Shown: one piece after another, positions 1 to 9,900 of the stretch | Position numbering within the stretch: the first letter of the stretch is position 1 | Layout of the letters: the number at the start of each line of letters is the position of its first letter | Assembly: GCF_902459465.1 (NCBI RefSeq) | Contig: NC_047066.1 | Span: forward strand, 1,736,001-1,800,000 | Length of the DNA: 64,000 nt | DNA from: Asterias rubens | Taxonomy: Eukaryota | Direction of reading: 5' to 3' | The notes under the pieces: model-generated | The model's database searches: none | The model's input: only the letters and a program-made list of their open reading frames with translations | Told to the model about the DNA's origin: nothing | Made by a program: the position numbers and the translations under genes

Positions 1-262
1 AGGGTTACTTGGAGTTACTTTGGATACAAATGTATAGCAAAGGGTTACTTGGAGTTACTTTGGATATATCAGAGGGTTACTTGGGGTTACTTTGGATGTA
101 GCAAAGGGTTACTTGGAGTTACTTTGGATATAGCAAAGGGTTACTTGGAGTTACTATAAATATTTAGCAAAGGGTTACTTGGAGTTACTATAAATATTTA
201 GCAAAGGGTTACTTGGAGTTACTTTGGATGTAGCAGAGGGTTACTTGGGGTTACGTTAGAGC
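1..262. repeat. Minisatellite, about 31-35 bp unit (gcaaagggttacttggagttactttggatata), about 8 copies, truncated by the window start
   Basis: Direct inspection; contains an internal ggttacttgga sub-repeat. Confidence 0.9.
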
Positions 263-691
263 AAGGGTATGTGTATTCATAGGGTATGTTGTAGTACTGA
301 TTTAATGTTTTGTTGAGATGTACATGTATATTCATTGACCCTGAGAGAAAGGTGCTTAATAAACGAATCCCTGCCCAATTATGTATATGATTTGATTGAA
401 TATTGATTGTGCAATAAAGGATCTAGTGATCAGTTTTACCGACAGCCAATTTGTCAAGGTTTCTCTGCTTACGTGTAACTTGTGTTTGTGTACCTAACAG
501 AATTAGACTGATCATTACGCAATCGTCGGTATATTTCCTCCAAAACGGACCTCGTCTCACAGCCTTTAGACCCCTCGATGGTCTTTAAGCCTGGAGAATA
601 GTAATAATTTGCAATTGCCCGCCACAGTACCTTATATCCATATGGGAGACCAGTTCACTGTGCAAGGGAATAAATAATGCACTGAACTTAC

Positions 692-843
692 CTTTGCCAT
701 CGCCAAATCCTGTATTTCTTGGTAAGGAAGGAAGGCTCTGTATGTTGTTGTTGAAAACCACCATATTGGCACGCCAATGAAAACAGCAACAAATGCTACA
801 GCTAAGGCAGCATACATTGGGCTCCTGGTGTCATCATTTAGTT
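692..843 (-). CDS. PIGS: PIGS coding exon 2
   Basis: CAG acceptor at 844-846, GTAAGT donor at 691-686, PIG-S-like translation. Confidence 0.9.
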
Positions 844-3058
844 CTGCATAAATCAAAAAAAAAATTGGTTAAAGCCATTGGACACTTTCGGTAAACAGGT
901 TTGTCCAAAGGCCCACACTTCGTGTATCACAACTTATATATAAAATAACAAACCTGTAAAAATTTAGGCTCAATCCGTCATCGGAGTCGTGAGAAAATGT
1001 TTCCGCACAGTTCGCCGTGTCATGACATGTGTTTAAAATAAATCCGTAATTCTTGATACCGAAAATTGACAATTGTTTACATTTTTTCTCAAAAAGTAAA
1101 GCATTTCATGGAATAATATATCAAGAGAAGTCTTTCACCATTACCTTCTGTAAACCCTGTAAGTTATTTGTAAATCTGTGAACTTTTATTTTTCTGTCCC
1201 GAAAGTGTATAATGGCTTTAATAAAATCGAAGCCTTATATACTCAAGGAGTTGAGTATACTTATACAAATTTTCAGAAAGATAGGTTATTGCAGTGATGA
1301 ATTCTGAGACCCTGTTATGTAGCACCTTATATAGGTTTACAAGGTGCTATGGCGCATTTAGCAGCCACAGCCAGGAACACCGGGGCGAACCCCTTCTCTT
1401 TTCTATAAGCGCACTGGGTTATTTTACATGCGCTACACAACCCATGGGACCAACAGCTTTACGTCGGGTCCCATCCGAAGGACGACGCAATGTTTAAGTG
1501 TCTTGCTTTTAAAGGACACAAGTGTCACGACTGAAATGAGTGATCTTACTCAGGTTTTTGGAAAGAAAATCAGTTTCACAATTCAGAAGCAGATTTGCTT
1601 AGTTTCAACACTCCTGTCTTTTTGTTGTCTGCTAAGTACATCGTGCATTAAAACAATCATCTCGCACTGCTCTGGATGACCCAATAAATAGTGCCACATA
1701 CGCTGGGGTTCGGTAAGGGAGTCCAGCATATCTGGCACTGGCACTATTTATGATGGGGCTAAGTGCCTTTTTGTAGTGGGGCTAAGCTCTGGAAGGTCCA
1801 TGAAAGTTTGAGCACTGAGTATGCCGAGTTGCAGATGTCAATCAGACAAGTGTATACAACTCTGACCCTTGAAATATGGAAGAAGCTCTACCTTCATCGC
1901 ATCCCTGCTTGATGAAACAAGATGGTGTATATAAGACGGTGAAAGGGCTTACTTACTGTTACTTAAAGAGACTTAGGACAATGATAATGCAACTTTGAAC
2001 ACCAGCGAGCTTTGTGAAAACAAAAGGGTTTTTAACTTTCGATTTAACTACATTTTTTTAACCTACTTTTTCCAATTTTAGCTAACTTTGGCTCAACAAA
2101 TACAATGAAGATTTACTGTCAGTTGGCTCTCTGGCTCTCTTATGAACATGAAAGAAGGAAAGACACTTTCTTATTGGGCAGGACCGGTGTGACGGACTCG
2201 AGCCCCTGCATACTCAGAGCTACGGATTACCAAATTTGGTAGTATTACGTCATGGAATACCCATGTCATGCCATGCCTGCGCACACCAAGCAAAAGTAGT
2301 TGATTTTAGTGCTGTGCCGTGCCGAGTCGACTGCCTGTTTTGCTCTACTCGTAGCTATAGCTGTCATGGCGGCGTCCACAAGTAAATCGTATGGTGAACG
2401 AGTGGAACGTCTACAGTATTGCGAAAAAAATAATCACATAATAAAGTATTTGAGGAGTGGGAATTACAAAGAAGGTTCTTCTGAAAGCCAGAGAACAGAA
2501 GAGGGTTTTGGGTTGCTTGTCGAAAAAGCACTCGTACGATAACAAAACAGGTCCCAAAGATTTATTCGCGGTGGTAGTAGGGGGGGGGTATCGTACTAGC
2601 AGAGCACCGGAGACTCACGCCCACAACGACAGCATGCTACGTCATCCCAGGGCCGGCAGGGGGGCAGAGAGCTTGGCACGCCAGAGGCAGAGATCTAAGA
2701 CCGCGATTACTGCGTGCCAAAATGCCCGGTGACGTCACCCGGAGCTCTGAGTACGCCGGATGCCTGAGGCCGCGACACAAGTAGAGTACACACATAGTTG
2801 ACCAAATTTACAGCACAACAATCTTTTTTTTTTTTAGCAGACGACAAAATCAATATGGCCATCCTTTTTCAAGGTAATTATACTAGGTTGGTAAATAAAA
2901 AATACACACAAAATTAAGAATCTTTGATTTTCGTTTGCAAGACCCCAGTTAGCTACATTTCTCCAGCAAAATGTCGGTAGAATTTTAACTGAACAAAGAC
3001 AATTAATGTCAAACTTACCCTTATTTTCATCTTTACCCTTGTGTTTTTTTCCTGCCAT
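692..3058 (-). CDS. PIGS: GPI transamidase subunit PIG-S, 5' part: complement(join(692..843,3019..3058)); the rest lies left of the window
   Basis: Exon 1 ATG at 3058 encodes MAGKKHKGKDENK+G|GTAAGT. Exon 2 (tttatgcag|AA, phase 1) encodes ELNDDTRSPMYAALAVAFVAVFIGVPIWWFSTTTYRAFLPYQEIQDLAMAK|GTAAGT. The TM segment plus WW..T.TYRA.LPY.EI..L is the PIG-S N-terminal signature. Confidence 0.9.
873..1217. mobile_element. Non-autonomous TTAA-TSD DNA transposon (Kolobok-type MITE, subfamily B)
   Basis: TTAA|AGCCATTGGACACTTTCGG ... CCGAAAGTGTATAATGGCT|TTAA; TIR matches 17/19. Confidence 0.8.
1305..1535 (-). mobile_element. SINE 3' body fragment; related pieces at about 21500-21680 (-), 36380-36545 (+) and 55030-55130 (-)
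   Basis: Shared blocks gggttcttttac.tgc..tacacaac, ctttacgtcccatccgaagga, taagtgtcttgc and cggggcgaacccctt recur at these sites. Confidence 0.6.
2188..2779 (+). mobile_element. Degenerate internally deleted TGT...ACA element with an integrase-associated N-terminal peptide (Ginger-like)
   Basis: Imperfect TIRs share TGTG.CG...TACTCAGAGCT.CGG. A frameshifted peptide reads IIKYLRSGNYKEGSSESQ/QKRVLGCLSKKHSYDNKTG. No TSD is visible. Confidence 0.4.
3019..3058 (-). CDS. PIGS: PIGS coding exon 1
   Basis: ATG at 3058, 40 nt, phase-1 donor G|GTAAGT matching the phase of the next exon. Confidence 0.75.
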
Positions 3059-3587
3059 TTTGGGAAGTTGGACTACAAAAGATGAAAAACCTCGGGCGGC
3101 AGGGGGCGCTATACGGCTTTGAGAAAAATAATTTGAAAAGCTCTTTCATGCAAATGCAAGGTTTACAACAGTTGTTTTTCCCTTTTCTGCTTTAAAAAAA
3201 TATACATTACTCCAGCAAATGGCCAAGTGTTTTCCCCAAAACTCACTAATACACTTTGTGTGTGCTCCTAAATAAAAAGAAAAACTGAAAACCCCACCTA
3301 AAAAATACTTTTATTTCTCCGTCTTCTTTTAAAAGAGCGCCCTCAAAAAAACAATATTCATAAACCGAGTTAACCAAAGTTTGACCTCTTAATCGAGATT
3401 ATGAAGCAGACACCGAATTATAAATCGAGTTAAATGGTTAGTCTTTCCGACTGACCAATCAGAAGGCCGTATTTCTACAAGCTGGAACAAGACAAACAAG
3501 GTCAAACCGTATACACAAAAGAATCATTCGCGCGGTGAAAACCATGGAGCGCGCGCAAACATCCCGGTATCGCGTCAATCAAGCAAG
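3059..3587. promoter_or_regulatory. Probable bidirectional promoter shared by PIGS and PPM1D
   Basis: 529 bp between the divergent ATGs; NF-Y-type GACCAATCAG at 3453-3462; CpG-rich GCGCGC elements at about 3527-3557. Confidence 0.6.
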
Positions 3588-3924
3588 ATGGAGACCGGAC
3601 TGAGTAGCGGAAAATCGACCCCCAAAATGCCTCCCAAAAGACAAGTTTTGGGGATCCGAGTGTCGAGCGACTCAAACAAGGGGGGTAGGGATTACATGGA
3701 AGATATGGTTTCTATACGATATGAGCGAAGAGAAGATAATGATATTGCATTTTTTGGTGTTTTTGACGGGCATGGTGGGCGGGAAGCTGCGGTGTTTGCA
3801 CGCGACATGTTGTGGGATTTCATCAAAGAACAACGTGGATTTGAGTCGAAAGACCCGGCCAAGGTTAAACAAGCCATCAAAGAAGGGTTCCTAAAAACAC
3901 AGGAGGCTATGTGGAAGAAAAGAG
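3588..3924 (+). CDS. PPM1D: PPM1D exon 1
   Basis: ATG in gcaagATGG; ends KKR+G|GTAAAT. Confidence 0.93.
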
Positions 3925-6900
3925 GTAAATATAGTTTATTTGTTTCTACGAACGTTTTTTATGCAATTGTTTATTGTTTTTTCAGCCTTGCTTTAGGCAG
4001 TGGACATTTTGCCAGAACACCAGCAAATTCATTTTTTTACACTGTCAAAATCCGTAATGGCCTTGAAAATAAAGTGACTGCTTTTTGTGAAGTCTGGCTT
4101 CTCATAATAGCATCACTTTGTTTCAGACTTAATTATTTCTCTGACTATCTCTTTTAAGTTTTGTTTGTTGAACATTATTGCAATTTGTGATTTGTGGTTA
4201 TTAATTTAACTAAATGTATTCAGTAATCAGTGATTCACTCTAAATAGGGATGGCAACCAGAATTTCAATGTTTGTTCTATAGCTTTGAAATGTGGCTAGT
4301 ATGAAAGAATTCAGTAAATGGAGTTATTTGGTGGTTGTTTGAAGAAAATCGGTCAAGGGGTTCCAGAGTTGTGGTTATTTAGTGTCAAGTTCAGAGTCGT
4401 GGTCGTTGCCTAGCAACTAAAGTAAACAACAAACAAACAAATAACAATTTTAATAAAATCCTAATTAACAAATTAGACTTTTTAGTTACACAAAACTGAA
4501 ATATTCTGGTTCCAGGCAAAAAGTGTTATGAGAACTGAAGAAAAAAACCAATTTGATTGCGTGGATTTTGAATTAACAGACCTCAAAAATGGACTCAAAG
4601 TCCCCAGGGATTACTCAAAGTGCATATCTTGATCTTTCGTATAAACAAATAAACAATGAATAAACAACAGTTCTCAGAAGAGCATATCTCAAAAAGTAAT
4701 TGACTGGCCACCTTCATTTTTGGACTAGGGGTAGAAAAGTGGGATGCATTTGAGGTTACTTAATGACAACTAAAAATTCCCATGAACTTAATTATTGTTA
4801 TTTTTGAAAATATGCAAATTAGGCCTAATTACCCGTGTAATCTGACTCCCCGCTGAGATAAACAAACAGCGAATATACCTTGCATTTTCAAAAGTGCATA
4901 TCTCTAAAAGGAAATCTCTAACCAGCTTCATATTTGGACAAGGGATAGAAAAGGGAGATGCCATTAAGGTTTTTAAACAACAATAACAAAATTCCCTTAT
5001 CTAAATAATTTTTTTTCTTGTTCAAAATATGCAAATCATGCTAATTATCTGTATTTTGACACCTGCCAGATATAATGAATTAACTCGTGTTTTCAAAAGC
5101 GCATAGCTCAAAAAGTAAATATCTGATCACCTTCATTTTTGGACAAGGATTAGAAAAGTAAGATGCCTTTAAGGTTATTAAACAACAAAAACATAATTCT
5201 CATTATCTTAATTATTGTTATTTTTCAAAATATGCAAATTGAGCCTAATTGCCCGTAATTTGACACCTGCTGTGTAAAACTAATAAATAATGTCGCATTT
5301 TCAAAAGTGCATATCTCAAAAAGTAAACATCTCACCCCCTTCATTTTTGGACAAGGAATAGAAAAGTGAGATGCCTTCAAGGTTATTGCACAGCAAGAAC
5401 AAAATTCCCATAACCCCAACTATTGTTGTTTTTCAAAATTTGCAAATTATGCCTAATTGTTTGAAATTTGACACCTGCATGTCTAGATAAACTATGAAGC
5501 AATGATGCAACCTTTGGGAAAATATGTAGTAAATTTTAAGATCTTAATGAAATAAAAGTGAACTTCTCAAAAGGTCAATATTTAAAATAATGTGAAAATT
5601 TCAAAAACACAGCTATATCAACATCATACATGAACACAACAGAGTAAATGTTAAAATGAACAACTTCTCAAAATGTAAAAAATGTCAAACAACAAAGATA
5701 AATAACAGAGTAAATGTTTAATTGAAAGATAACAATAAAACTTAATAATATTTAGTCAAAAATCAAGTAACAAAGCTAAGTTGCAGAATAAAATGTGTGA
5801 AATTGGAGATTAGAAAGTTTGCAATTTAAACTGCTGAATATGGATCACCGAAATCCGAAGAAAAAAAAACAATTTTGACGGACGAAAAACAAGTTCAATT
5901 TCTTTTTTACGAAAATAATGTGAATATTCTTTGTCAACAAACAAAAGTTCTCTCTAAAAAGTTCAAATTTCCCGCAAATATTCTGCACTTTGATCAATAA
6001 ACACTTGCAATTCTCAATACACGTCCGCTCTTCACGAATGAATAATGGAGTGTAAACAAATATAAGACCCACGCGGCGCAGTAACTGCCATTTTGCAGCT
6101 TCATTGCGCAAGTCTGGTTTCGGCGCGATGACGTCACCATGTACACTGCGCTGTAGTGGGATTTATGAATGACTCTTTACGAGAGGTCAAAACTAGACAT
6201 CTAGCTCTGTACACAACCTTGCAACCGAATAGCTACAGATTCTTGAGCGACCCCTCATGGAAAAGGCGCTGTAGCTGAAAACCGCCTCGTTCCTCAACTT
6301 AGCTACGGCCACCATTTTGTAGAATAGAACACGGTCTTTCGTTTGGTATGCGTCGCGATGGTGAGCTAAGTCGCGATCGTTAAAATCCCCTTCAACAAAC
6401 ATTTTAACATTGTTTCAATAGTTTAAGATTAATTATGGCAAAGTGGACTTAGCCATAATTAAAAAGCCTAACATCTAAGCTTCATTTTAAGGGGTATTTC
6501 GATATTTTTGGACTGATTTACGGCCGTACGACAGCCCAAAGAAAAACTTCATCACGCATGGCAATTCAGGGACAAGAAATGAACTGCGCGCTGACGGGGT
6601 GCGAATTAACGAAAAGTACGGATTTTTTCTTCTCTTTTCTCGGAAAGTAAATTTCTAATTATTCTAACATTTTGTCAAGTACTAGAAAACGAATTTCTCA
6701 AAAGTTTTACATTATTAACATACTTTTATTCTACACCATTTCGTAAAAAAAAATTTTTGGAACTGAAATATGACACCGTCGCAAATTAAAACTTCGTCAA
6801 ATTGTTCGCCAGTCACGTGACCGGGCGACGTCCCTACTCTAAACTTAGTCTCTAATTTAGTAATTTTATGAATGTTTTACAGTATTAAGGTGATGAAGTA

Positions 6901-9900
6901 AAAGAAAATACGGATAACTTTCCGTATGGCGCCACCACTTTTTTCACTCATTTTTACAAAAAGGGATATACCAATCAGGTAAATTAGATACTATAATTAT
7001 TTTATTTCGAATGAAAAAGTGGTGGCGCCATACGGAAACTTTTCCGAAAATACATCAAACTTTTTAGTAGCCCCGCCCGCTTCTTTTTATGGGGCCACAT
7101 AAATTTTGTATTTAGGCCTACTGATACAATACAAAATGATATTTAATTTAAAAAAAACCATACATTTTCAACTATTCTATATTATAAATATACTAAATTC
7201 ACAATCAGACTTGTGTTGGAACTTAGTTAGCCACTAGAGCTTGCGGAAAGTTTCCGTATGGCGCCACCACATTTTTCATTCGATATGAAATTAACCTCAA
7301 TGAGATATCCCTTTCTGTATAAACGAGTGAAAAAGTGGTGGCGCCATACGGAAAGTTATCCGAGCTTGCTCTATGGTTAGCCTGCGCCGATTACACGGTT
7401 TTGACGGTTACATAACAATTTAACCGATAACATATTAACCGATCATCCAGCAACACAAATTACGTTTTTAACGGTTCAGATAATAAAACTGTAACGAACT
7501 TTGCAGACCTCATTTTGATTATAATATTATTATTATGACATTAATTATTTTTCAATAATTATTCTTGTTCATACAGGGTAGCCCCATCATTGTCAAAACA
7601 TTGTTCTCCCTGGGTGCTCTAGATTGTGATTTAAACAACACACAATCTTGACAGTGACAATCTGCGCAGTTGTCTGTGTGACACAAGCAGCGATCATTTA
7701 AAATGACAGGCTTGACCTGTTTGTTATTTCGCTACTTTGGCAGCAATCTTGAAATATAAAATGTAAAGTCCCTCCCGCTTCCCTTTTTTACTCGGCCTCA
7801 TGTCAAACACAAATTTTTAGTTATTGAATTTCCTTTCATATAATGCAAAGATATTGGCCCTTGGGTTCTGCTCGCCCTTGGACTGTTGGACCTTGTTTTT
7901 GAAAAATTGGTCTAGCTAAAAAAATTGGAAACCGGAGAGCGTACATTAAGGCACAGGAAACCTTATCCATAATTTGTCCTACTGCCTTGACTGACTGAAA
8001 ACTGTCAACTATCACTGTTACTAACAGTGTGACATAAGGCCAAAAAAAACAAACATTGTGTAGCGTCCTCCTTTTGAAAAATATTATTTGAAAATAATTT
8101 TTAAAAGGAGGCCGCGTCTAAAAAGGAAGCCAACAGGGATGCTTAAACAAATATTTGAAACAAAAGAGGTAGGGACTTTTATTTTAAAAATCAGGCTTTA
8201 TGAGGAGATAAGAGAGAAATATTTTGTTATGTTACAAAGGGCTCTTCCATTCGTACTGTCACTAAAGGAAACGGCAAAACATTGGCCATTGCCTCTGTGC
8301 ATTTCCAGGGCCCAATTTCATAGAGCAGAAATGAGGAGGATACCAGTCACAAATTGCACTTGTGACATGGTAGTTTGGCTGGTAACCTTATTCTGGTAAT
8401 TAATATTCTTTATCCCCGATGCAAATTTAACATCTATTAAATCGTTTGCAGTACCCTCTGCTAAAACATAGGATTCGAACTGTCTCCAGCTATCTCGGTG
8501 GTCTAGTTGGTATGACACTGCTCTAGAATTGCAAAGGTCGTGGGTTCGAATCCCACCCGAGTAAAATGCGTGTGATTTTTTTCACAGGACTCAGGGAAAG
8601 TACTGATTATACAGTGCTACATACATCGGTGTATATGGGTAAAAACCAAAATTAATTATTCTGGTAAGCGTAATTTTTTTACGCCACTAGTTATTTTTTG
8701 TGCTTTTAAAAGCAACTATGAAATTTTGCCAAGGGCTGGGCGTTATAATACAATTCAATGATTGCAGAGAAGACCCAAGCTCAATTTCATAGAGCTGCTA
8801 TAGCAAAAAATAGTATAGCAAAACAATATTATGCTTACTAGAATATGGTTACCAGCCAAAATACAAATCTTCGTACAACCTATGACTGGTATCCTGCAAT
8901 TTTGTTGCATAGCAAAAACATTTTCAGCAGTGTTGTCTGCTTCGTTGGTTCTTTGAATTTGGGTCCCCAGTTTAAAACAAGAGTCTGCACTCAAAATCAC
9001 CAGATTCATATTCTTCAAGTACGCTCTAATCCTCCAATCAGATTCGCAGAATGGAGTGGTGATAAAAACCTATAATGCACGGCTAATATAGGACTCTAAA
9101 TTCTGCTGTATCAACCATTGGTTATTTGTATCATAAGGTAACAATTGCCATTTTACAACCATTCATATTCTCACACATTGTATTCAATCTCTAATCTATG
9201 CTGTATCATCCATTGGTTATTTGCACGAATAGGTAACTGGAATCGGACTAAGTCAGGCTATCCAAGTACAGCTGGTACCACAGCCTGTATTGCCATCATC
9301 AGAGGGAGACACATGTATGTGGCTCACGTTGGGGACTCTCGTGCGGTGCTTGGCGTCAACACCCACACTTCACGCTTTCTCAAAGCTCGGGCAGTTACCA
9401 TCGACCATAAACCGGAATCTCCAAAGGAGGTGAAGAGGATAGAAGCAATCGGAGGACAGGTGCTCGCCAAGAATGGTGTACAGAGGGTGGTGTGGGAACG
9501 CACGAAGCTGAGTCATACTGGACCGGTCAGAAGAAGCACTAATGTGGATAAGATTCCATTTCTAGCAGTTGCAAGATCATTAGGTAAGGTTCGTTTTATA
9601 TGCCATGGATAGTTCCCTTTTCAGGCAACTTTGATTTAGGCTTTGAGCTTGGTCAAGTGTTCTTATTTGTTTTTCTACACAGCCAAAAGATTCATCAACC
9701 AATCGTGCAATACAATTCTGAGGTTTTAGCCTGAAACAAAGGCATAGCTGCTGCCAGCTCTCCCAGATTCTGCAGAAAGTTCCCTGAAATTAAACCAATA
9801 TTTCCATGTTCAGGTTTAAAACAAAATCTGGAAAACTCCCCAACTCTGAAATTTGTGTATCCATATTGTTGGGTGTAGTTCTAAATAACTCCCTACTTGC

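Noticed and set aside
3485-3503. p53 response element upstream of PPM1D (GAACAAGACA / AAACAAGGTC)
   Set aside because: The two CAAG cores are 9 bp apart rather than 10 or more, so the half-sites overlap, and the 3' pyrimidines match poorly.
3925-4157. C-terminal extension of the 189-aa ORF, and similar read-through parts of ORFs at 9145, 10121, 30284 and 55948
   Set aside because: Homology stops at canonical GT donors; the extensions are intronic.
8489-8565. tRNA gene
   Set aside because: A and B boxes are present but the anticodon stem is mispaired and a repeat body follows; better explained as a SINE head. The same applies to 39704-39772 and 21600-21680.
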